In this document: positions 57,188 to 64,000 of the stretch, piece by piece
How positions within the stretch are numbered: the first letter of the stretch is position 1
Layout: each line of letters starts with the position of its first letter
Source: Nitrospirota bacterium
GTDB taxonomy: Bacteria; JACPQY01
Direction: 5' to 3'
NCBI GenBank assembly: GCA_016180645.1
Contig: JACPAV010000003.1
Span: forward strand, 62,001 to 126,000
Length of the DNA: 64,000 nt
The notes under the pieces: generated by a model
What the model was told of the DNA's origin: nothing
What the model saw: the letters and a program-made list of their open reading frames with translations, nothing else
Databases searched by the model: none
Translations under genes and position numbers: made by a program

Positions 57188-57421
57188 ATGGCGGCTGTAC
57201 GCGAGGTCAACGAAGTCGAGCAATTCAAGTTCCGGTTCCCGAAGGAAAAGAAAGTCACCCGACGGCGGGCCGAGGAATTGCGCAAGCTCTACCTGGTGAA
57301 GGGACCGCAGCAACGCTTTCCGGGTCTCTCGCCGGTAGAGACCTTAAAGCGTTTGTCGGGTCTCTTTGAGTTGGGCGGCGATGCGGTACAGGACACGCTC
57401 AACTACGAAGAAAACCCGTAG
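57188..57421 (+). CDS. Small hypothetical protein, probable antitoxin
   Basis: 77 aa, basic N-terminus and acidic tail, directly upstream of a PIN gene. Confidence 0.65.
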   Translation: MAAVREVNEVEQFKFRFPKEKKVTRRRAEELRKLYLVKGPQQRFPGLSPVETLKRLSGLFELGGDAVQDTLNYEENP

Positions 57422-57432
57422 CAAACCGTCTC

Positions 57433-57879
57433 ATGGCGGACGCTATTCTCGATACCAACATCCTGGTCGGGCTTCTCGTCAGGGACGACAGGCAACATCC
57501 CGAAGCCAGGCGGGTCATGAGCGCCTTGCCCCAAGATGCCACCCTCCTCTACTTGGACGTGGTGATGATGGAAGCGATAGGAGTTCTCCAGCGCAAGACG
57601 GAGAAGAAGCTTCAAGGTCGGCCCAAACAGGACCTGGCCGTGGCGATGGATCGGCAACTCAACGGCCTTGAAACGCAGGTTCCCACGGGTACGATTGTGC
57701 GTACGATGGCCGAGTGTGAACGGCGCTACGACGACATTGTTACCATGGTCAGGCATGAAGGCGTCCTCAATTTCGTGGACGCGTGGATCGCGATTTGGGC
57801 CCAGACGCACCAAGTGCTTTCAATCGTCAGCCTCGACCAGGATTTCGATCAGGTATCGTGGCTGACCCGGATTAAATAG
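57433..57879 (+). CDS. PIN-domain (VapC-like) protein
   Basis: ILDTNILV, VMMEAI, LNFVDAWI, SLDQDFD. Confidence 0.9.
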   Translation: MADAILDTNILVGLLVRDDRQHPEARRVMSALPQDATLLYLDVVMMEAIGVLQRKTEKKLQGRPKQDLAVAMDRQLNGLETQVPTGTIVRTMAECERRYDDIVTMVRHEGVLNFVDAWIAIWAQTHQVLSIVSLDQDFDQVSWLTRIK

Positions 57880-57951
57880 GTCAGGCGACGCAATAACGGA
57901 TTTCTCAAGAGCGGGTGGGTGCGCCGCCCCCTGAGTGCGAATAAGGTGCAC

Positions 57952-58079
57952 GGTCTACGGTCGTCTCCCACGTTTCGGTCGGCGACACCCTCCACGCCTC
58001 CGCGAAAGCCGGCCAACTCATCCTTCGAAATGGAAAAGTCCTCGATCCCCTGTTCCTCAATGACATGATCCACCACCCC
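57952..58079 (+). pseudogene. Diverged duplicate of the 3' end of the thioesterase gene (56062-56188)
   Basis: VGDTLHASAKAGQLILRNGKVLDPLFLNDMIHHP vs VGATLHASANAGQLILQNGKVIDPSFLTDMIHHP. Confidence 0.9.
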
Positions 58080-58233
58080 GATTCACTTGCCCGGGCCGAC
58101 TCGCTGAAGGGTCCTTCGTCCGGCACCAAGATCGTTCCGTAAGGATTTATCCCTCTCCTGCATTCGTTTCCTTGAGACCCAAGGGCATGAGAAACACTCC
58201 CTCGCGCAGTCCTTGGCTCGATCCGCCGAGGGC

Positions 58234-58262
58234 TTGCATTGGAAACCGGGTTCTGGTAATCT
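58234..58262 (+). promoter_or_regulatory. Sigma70-like promoter for the RRM gene
   Basis: TTGCAT-17nt-TAATCT, about 200 nt upstream of ATG 58467. Confidence 0.5.
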
Positions 58263-58466
58263 GGACACTTCGATTCAGTTGAGTATGGAAATCAGTCATT
58301 CAGTGGAAACCCTATAAGGGTCTTTGAGTTCCCACCAGGAGAGCGACTCATCTCACTCCCTTCGTGTTTCGGGATCCGCAAAGCCAACCTGCAGGGATAT
58401 TTCTATGCCGGCCCTACCCTATCGAGAGCCGGCGCAACAAGCCTTTAACTTAAGGAGGTAGAAAAG

Positions 58467-58826
58467 ATGGGAAACAAGCTGTACATCGGAAACCTGCCCT
58501 ATGACGTGAGTGAGGATGAATTGAACAGCCTCTTCAGCCAGGCCGGCAGTGTTTCCTCCGTGAAGATCATCAGTGATCGATTCACAGGCAAGTCCAGGGG
58601 CTTCGGATTCGTGGAAATGGGTAACGACGAAGAAGCGTCCAAGGCCGTCACCCAGTTCAACGGCTATACGCTGAAGCAGCGCGAGCTGAAGGTCAGCGAA
58701 GCCCGGCCCGAAACCCGTGACCGCGATGGTCGCGGCGGCGGCGGAGGTGGCGGCGGCCGAGGCGGTTTTGGCGGCGGCCGAGGCGGCTACGGCGGCGGGG
58801 GCGGAGACAGGGGAAACCGCAGATAA
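58467..58826 (+). CDS. RRM RNA-binding protein with Gly-rich tail
   Basis: RNP2 LYIGNL, RNP1 RGFGFVEM, RGG tail; TAAGGAGGT RBS. Confidence 0.96.
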   Translation: MGNKLYIGNLPYDVSEDELNSLFSQAGSVSSVKIISDRFTGKSRGFGFVEMGNDEEASKAVTQFNGYTLKQRELKVSEARPETRDRDGRGGGGGGGGRGGFGGGRGGYGGGGGDRGNRR

Positions 58827-58878
58827 CTCCCCCTGCCGGTCACGATCCGTTCGGGATCGGCATTTCAAGAGCGATTTC

Positions 58879-60930
58879 TTAGCGTCTCGGGCCGCCGAAG
58901 CGGCGGCCCGAGACGAACCATTCCCAGTACGAACGCATCTGCGCGGCGTCCGTCAATGCCGCAAACTCCTTCCAGCGTGCAACCATTTCTTTCCGGACGT
59001 GCCCGTACCCTCGGACCATGCCGCCTCCGTCGATCGCAAGCCGCGCTGCTTCCGGGGAGATCGCCGTGCACCGCTTCACGTGCCGGATGAAGTCGTCTGT
59101 GAGGCCCGTCTCCATCTCGAATCTGAAGGAGTACGGGCGCAGGGGCTTCAACCAGGTCATGGCTTTGAGGAGCATGAATCCGAGAAGCCGGCTGGTGTGC
59201 AAGCCCGTTTGGATCGACCATCCCTTGTGACCGATCATTCGATGGACCCAGCCACCGAGCCATCTCGGCAACAGCCCGTAGAATTCGTCGATCTCCGGCT
59301 TGAAGAAATCCTTGATGTCGTAGACGGAACCATCCGGAAGGCCGAAATATTCCTCGATCCGATCCAGCCGGCGGCGATCGGTCTTTAATTCCGCCACGCG
59401 GATCACGTCCTCGTAACACATCCGAGTGGCCAGCACCCGGCAGAATTCCGTGGCCACCTCTTCGGCCATCGGCGACCCTTTCTCCCGCGCTTCGCCCAGC
59501 ACCTCACGTACGCGACCGAGGTAGAGCCGCACATAGTTCAACGATTGGTACTCTGCCAACTGCCGAGCCGCTTCCAGGAGAATGGGGCGCACCCCAGCTC
59601 CCGCCAGGGATTCAACCTCCGCCATGGCCGCCGTCCAGCGGGCATCCGGAGGTTCAGGCAAAGACGTCCGATTCGGCGCACCCGTGGCCCGCCTCACATC
59701 ACTCCCACTGGGAATCATTCCGCCACCTACATGAAAATCCCGGAGGTTCCGGTCCACCTCGACTCCCACCCTCCGGATGGCCTCCTCGCAGGAAGAGCGG
59801 GATAGCGGCAGATACCCCGCTGCCGCCAAGGCACCCAACAAATGGGCGTTGGTCAGGCGACCCCCGAGTGCCCCAGCGTAAGCATCCAGCAATAATGCCC
59901 CGTGCGAATTCTCCTGTATGAATCCCTCGAATCGTTCAAGCGTGTAGGCATCCGATTCGAGGGAGAGCTTCTCGAACGTCGTGTAGTACCGGAAGTTGCT
60001 CGAAAGCAGATACGTCTCCGGTCCGCCGTACCCTTCTTCGAGCGCCCTGAGCAGTTCGAGAAATTCGTGGGCCACGATGAGGTGGACCCTTCCCTTTTCG
60101 GGAAATGGATTGAACCGGGCGTCCGGCCGGTCGGAGATCTCCATGTAGGACAGAGTACGCCCGGCGCGTTGCGACAGGCCCGGCAACGCCATGACATTTG
60201 GAAACAGCCCTTCGCCCAATGCAGCCATCGAAAGCCACTCGAGAAGCACCCCCGATCCAAGACCGCCAATGGAAGGAACGTAGATCCCCAAAGGAAATCG
60301 GAACGACACCGAGGGCGGGAGGCTGAATTCATTCCGGTACTGGGAGGCGGCGGTCCCCGCTCCCTCCGTCGCACCGTTCCCGGCCAACGCGCGAATGAGA
60401 TGCCGTCGAAACCAAGACCGTTTGTGCTCCACCCATCCGGGGTTTTCGACCCGATCCACCTGGAAAAAGGAAGGACAAAGCCGCGCTACGTGCGCCACCT
60501 CCCCACACAGCCCGCACCCCACGCACGTCTGATCGATCCACGCGATCTTGTCCGCCCGCAGGGGATTGGGATTGTTTCGAACGGTGAGAGACGGACAGCC
60601 GTTCAAAGAGATACAGGAATGGTCGCCTGTACAGACGTCTTCATCTACACCCAACCGCCGCTCCACCCAGCGGCCACCGCCACGTACCGTATCCCCTCTC
60701 AACTTCTTGAGTTCGCGGCCCGCCTCCAAAGCGCAGGCCGCGTCGGAGATGATGACCTTCAACTCCTTGCGGCGACTTTCGAATGCCTCCTCGAAAACGT
60801 CCACGGACTTCTCCACATCATAGGGATCGATCGTTCGGATCCACTTCACTCCCATCCCCTTCAGCGTTTTTCGAATGGACAGCGGGGGCTCGCGGCGCAG
60901 CGGGCGGAGACGATGGAAGGGATTCTTCAA
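58879..60930 (-). CDS. Indolepyruvate:ferredoxin oxidoreductase: alpha C-terminus (end of TPP domain + ferredoxin) fused to beta subunit
   Basis: GVKWIRTIDPYD, CTGDHSC...GCP, CVGCGLC, then IGGLGSG, PGLSQRAG, MCYEDVIRVA, VRGYGHV. Confidence 0.85.
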   Translation of the reverse strand: MKNPFHRLRPLRREPPLSIRKTLKGMGVKWIRTIDPYDVEKSVDVFEEAFESRRKELKVIISDAACALEAGRELKKLRGDTVRGGGRWVERRLGVDEDVCTGDHSCISLNGCPSLTVRNNPNPLRADKIAWIDQTCVGCGLCGEVAHVARLCPSFFQVDRVENPGWVEHKRSWFRRHLIRALAGNGATEGAGTAASQYRNEFSLPPSVSFRFPLGIYVPSIGGLGSGVLLEWLSMAALGEGLFPNVMALPGLSQRAGRTLSYMEISDRPDARFNPFPEKGRVHLIVAHEFLELLRALEEGYGGPETYLLSSNFRYYTTFEKLSLESDAYTLERFEGFIQENSHGALLLDAYAGALGGRLTNAHLLGALAAAGYLPLSRSSCEEAIRRVGVEVDRNLRDFHVGGGMIPSGSDVRRATGAPNRTSLPEPPDARWTAAMAEVESLAGAGVRPILLEAARQLAEYQSLNYVRLYLGRVREVLGEAREKGSPMAEEVATEFCRVLATRMCYEDVIRVAELKTDRRRLDRIEEYFGLPDGSVYDIKDFFKPEIDEFYGLLPRWLGGWVHRMIGHKGWSIQTGLHTSRLLGFMLLKAMTWLKPLRPYSFRFEMETGLTDDFIRHVKRCTAISPEAARLAIDGGGMVRGYGHVRKEMVARWKEFAALTDAAQMRSYWEWFVSGRRFGGPRR

Positions 60931-62537
60931 CGGCCGTTCCTGCCGACGGGTGAAGACGACGGACGCACAACGGGCGGCGTGGATGCGTTAGGCTGATGCC
61001 CCGTCATCGCGGTGAAATGGTTGTAAAACAGGACCAGGATGCCGTCGTGATGGTTCTGAAGCGAATGGGCCACGCTGGTGGTCAACCCGCTGTGCCAAAA
61101 CGTGCCATCCCCCATGAAGGAAATCGTACGCGCACCCGCAAGCTTCCCGAGCGCCCCGGCGTTTGCCAAGCCACTCCCCATCCCCGTGATTTCTGCCCGT
61201 AGATTGAAGGGGGCGACGTTCCCCAGCATGTAGCAGCCGAGGTCCGAACTGTAAATGAAGCGGGCCTCCGGATGGCGGCGCCTGAAAATCTTGACGGCCG
61301 AGAAAATCGGCCGCTCCGGGCATCCCGTGCAGAAAGTCGGCACGCGCTCCGGAACGGGGAGCGGCGACCGTACCTCCTCGGGGGGGCGCGGCTCGATGCG
61401 GAAGAACTCCGTCAACGCCCGTCGCACATGTTCCGGGTGGATCTCCCCGATTTCCGGCACCATCTCCTTGCCCACGAGCCGCGTGCGGATTCCCTTCACC
61501 TGCGCGGCCGTGCGAATGTCTTTCTCCACCAGATTCGGCATGCCCTCCTCGATGATCAGGACCCTTTCTTTCCCCTCGAGAAAGTCCCAGATTTCGTCCT
61601 CCACGAGGGGGAACAGCGCATGGAGGGATAGGACGGGACACCGGATTCCGAGATCCTCCATCGCACGCAGAACGACGTTGGTGAGGATGCCGTGCGTGAT
61701 GATGCCGACCCTGCCGTTCCCATTTGAGAATCCCATCACGGGATTAAGCTGATTCCGGCGGATGAACTCCACGGCGCCCGGAAGACGGACGGTGAATTTT
61801 TCGAACTCCTGCCGCTGGGTGTAGGGCGGTAGCGGGATCTTTTCGTACAGTTCGCGGCGGATTTCCGGGCTTCGGGGGAATCGATTGCGTTCCGCCTTGA
61901 CGACGCCCGTCATGTATCCCAGTCGCGCGCGCACCAGCACAATGACCGGCGTCCCCGCCGCCTCGGAGAGCTGAAAGGCCGTCTTGATGCATTCCGACAC
62001 GTGTTGGAGGCTCGCGCCGGGATCGAGCAGCGGAAGGCCGAACTGGTGGGCGTACGACAGCGTCTTTTCCGCGACGATGGTATTGTTGCACCCGTAGTCC
62101 TCGCCAACGAGGATGACGGCCCCGCCCGTGACGCCGGCCGATGCCACGTGGGCGACGATGTCAGCCGCGAAATTGAGGCCGAGAACCTTGAAAGCTACCG
62201 CTCCGCGAATCCGGCTGCTGATCGAGGCCCGAAGGGCTGCCGCCGCCGAGGCTTCGTTGTTCGATTCCTCGATCACGACTCCCCGATCGGCAAGCCGCTG
62301 CTTCACGCGATGGACCACGTTGGTCACCGCCGAGGTCGGAGAGCCCGGAAAACTGGTGAAATACGAGATCCCACTTTCAAGGAGCGCCTTCACCACCACG
62401 ATCGCCCCCCCCCCGAAGAATCGACCCTCCTCCTGGAACAGGAGTTTCTCAGGGGATTTGTCGAACAGGACTTCCCCTCCGACGAGGCCTCGTTTCTCCT
62501 CGAATTCCCTCAGTTCAATCGCCATCCGTTCCTCCAC
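60927..62537 (-). CDS. iorA: Indolepyruvate:ferredoxin oxidoreductase alpha subunit, N-terminal part
   Basis: FPGSPTS, SNNEASA, IIEEGMP, PTFCTGCPER, DLGC, MGDGTFWHSG, TAMTGHQP. Confidence 0.88.
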   Translation of the reverse strand: MEERMAIELREFEEKRGLVGGEVLFDKSPEKLLFQEEGRFFGGGAIVVVKALLESGISYFTSFPGSPTSAVTNVVHRVKQRLADRGVVIEESNNEASAAAALRASISSRIRGAVAFKVLGLNFAADIVAHVASAGVTGGAVILVGEDYGCNNTIVAEKTLSYAHQFGLPLLDPGASLQHVSECIKTAFQLSEAAGTPVIVLVRARLGYMTGVVKAERNRFPRSPEIRRELYEKIPLPPYTQRQEFEKFTVRLPGAVEFIRRNQLNPVMGFSNGNGRVGIITHGILTNVVLRAMEDLGIRCPVLSLHALFPLVEDEIWDFLEGKERVLIIEEGMPNLVEKDIRTAAQVKGIRTRLVGKEMVPEIGEIHPEHVRRALTEFFRIEPRPPEEVRSPLPVPERVPTFCTGCPERPIFSAVKIFRRRHPEARFIYSSDLGCYMLGNVAPFNLRAEITGMGSGLANAGALGKLAGARTISFMGDGTFWHSGLTTSVAHSLQNHHDGILVLFYNHFTAMTGHQPNASTPPVVRPSSSPVGRNGR

Positions 62538-62639
62538 GGGCTGCGGCCCGAAGGTCCCTCATGCCCCACTTCCCCATTATATACCTCTGTGGTCCACAAG
62601 TACGAGAGGGTCCACCTCTCCCGGGGATATGGAAAAACT

Positions 62640-63101
62640 TCAGATCGAAAGAATGAATTCGCGGCCGGCCAGCCTCAGTCGATAGGCGTCGGCCTCAAAG
62701 TGAATGTGCCCGGCGAGGCGGTAATACGCCGCGCGGCTGAATCGAGCCTCAAACCGGCCTTCGCGCACCTTGCAGTAGGGGACGTGGTCGTTGGAGAAGC
62801 GGATGGTTTCGGGATGGAGGCCTTCACGGCTCCCGTCATTGAGCACCACGGTGCCGGTGCCCGACCCTGCTCCCGGGATTTCGATGTCATTCACGATGAA
62901 CGCGGCATCCGCGATGGTGACGGGCACTTCGAAGAGGCCCGCCTTGACCACGGCATTTCCCTTCTCGTTTCGAGTGAGACTCTTGTAGAGGTAGCGGGAA
63001 ACACCGGGATGTTTAACCGGCTCCCCTCGGACCCACCAGCGGCCGTCCGGCGATATCGCCAGGGTCAGATCGGCGTGATCGTGAATGAAGAGCGCCGGCA
63101 T
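62640..63101 (-). CDS. Conserved hypothetical protein (DUF1285-like)
   Basis: ISPDGRWWVRGEPVKH, VTIADAAF, PYCKVREG, ARFSRAAYY. Confidence 0.65.
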   Translation of the reverse strand: MPALFIHDHADLTLAISPDGRWWVRGEPVKHPGVSRYLYKSLTRNEKGNAVVKAGLFEVPVTIADAAFIVNDIEIPGAGSGTGTVVLNDGSREGLHPETIRFSNDHVPYCKVREGRFEARFSRAAYYRLAGHIHFEADAYRLRLAGREFILSI

Positions 63102-63113
63102 GATCTTCCCACC

Positions 63114-63914
63114 TCACGACCGTCCGAAAACGGAATACATCCAATCGCCCAGTCGGTTGAAGGAGTAGGCCGTGAGGCAGAGGAACAGGCTCGGGAAGAG
63201 AATCAGATGGGGATAGAATCGAAGGGCCGTCCACCCCTCGTTCGCCAGGACTCCCCAACTCGAATTCGGCGGGGCCAGGCCGATGCCGACAAAGCTCAGG
63301 TACGATTCCGTGATGATCGAGGCGGGAATTCGAAACGTCAACGTGACGATCAGGGTCGGCCAGGTGTTCGGGAGAATGTGACGAGTCAGAATTCCCAACA
63401 TGGAGACACCGGTCGCCCGTGCCGCCTCCACGAACGGCTCGTGCTTGAGCTTGAGGACCTCACCACGGATGACGCGGGATACGGTCACACTGTTGACCAA
63501 TGTGAGAGCCAGAAACACCCCGAACATATTCCGACCGAAGAACACCAACAGCAGGATGCAGATGAGCATGTCGGGCAGCGAATAGAACACATCGAGAAAT
63601 CGCATCATGAGCTCGTCGATTCGGCGCCCTGAGTACCCGGATATTCCACCATAGACCATACCGAGGACGGTGGCCGCCACAGCCGATACCGTTCCCACCA
63701 CCAGCGAAACCCGCGCCCCGTAGAAAATCCGGCTCATGAGATCACGACCGACGAAATCGGTCCCCATGAGATGTTTCGAGTACGGGCCCCGGAGAATGGC
63801 CTCCAGATCCTGGGAATCAAAACTGAACGGCGAAAGCACCCCGGCGAATACCGCGATCCCCACCATCAATGCGAGAAAGATGCACGGCATGACCGGAGGT
63901 CGGTTGTTCTTCAC
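63114..63914 (-). CDS. Oligopeptide ABC permease (OppC/DppC)
   Basis: HLMGTDFVGRDL, EAA loop FVEAARATG, ESYLSFVGIG. Confidence 0.93.
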   Translation of the reverse strand: MKNNRPPVMPCIFLALMVGIAVFAGVLSPFSFDSQDLEAILRGPYSKHLMGTDFVGRDLMSRIFYGARVSLVVGTVSAVAATVLGMVYGGISGYSGRRIDELMMRFLDVFYSLPDMLICILLLVFFGRNMFGVFLALTLVNSVTVSRVIRGEVLKLKHEPFVEAARATGVSMLGILTRHILPNTWPTLIVTLTFRIPASIITESYLSFVGIGLAPPNSSWGVLANEGWTALRFYPHLILFPSLFLCLTAYSFNRLGDWMYSVFGRS

Positions 63915-64000
63915 GTCCGCCCCCTCAGCCTGGGATCCACGATGGCCAGCAGGACGTCGGCGATCAGATTCGCCACGATGATCACAACGGCCAAGACCAG
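63911..64000 (-). CDS. Oligopeptide ABC permease (OppB/DppB), partial C-terminus
   Basis: LVLAVVIIVANLIADVLLAIVDPRLRGRT*. Confidence 0.85.
   Translation of the reverse strand: MVLAVVIIVANLIADVLLAIVDPRLRGRT

Noticed and set aside
56062-58079. Thioesterase tail copies as a DGR template/variable repeat pair
   Set aside because: The differences are not confined to adenines and no reverse transcriptase is present.
58730-58805. GGC-rich repeat tract
   Set aside because: It simply encodes the Gly/Arg tail of the RRM protein.

Overview
GC-rich bacterial chromosomal window, probably from a diderm, flagellated organism. The deltaproteobacteria-like guess is inferred from the lipoproteins, FlgM and a Gly-rich RRM protein. 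Core content: a cobalamin salvage/uptake block (cobS, beta-propeller lipoprotein, btuFCD-like ABC, divergent cobO), a YeeE/YedE pair, a SufT-like factor, hemW, two tRNA-Arg genes, a fluoride riboswitch-led cation:proton antiporter, a two-component system, lipid/acyl-CoA catabolic genes (including a sphingosine-1-phosphate-lyase-like gene heading a 6-gene operon), metH, thiI, an oddly split indolepyruvate oxidoreductase and the end of an Opp/Dpp ABC operon. Scattered among these are about seven small toxin-antitoxin-like or micro-gene cassettes, one IS3 element and several REP/MITE-like palindromes. Most notable: (1) two integrase-free cassettes, each sitting behind a thioesterase gene and closed by a second copy of that gene's 3' end; (2) a convergent pair of paralogous lipoproteins with a shared core and unrelated C-terminal domains; (3) a 53-aa half-SWIB-like protein missing from the ORF track; (4) repeated leaderless promoter architecture. 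All family names come from motif recognition by eye; no database searches were run.
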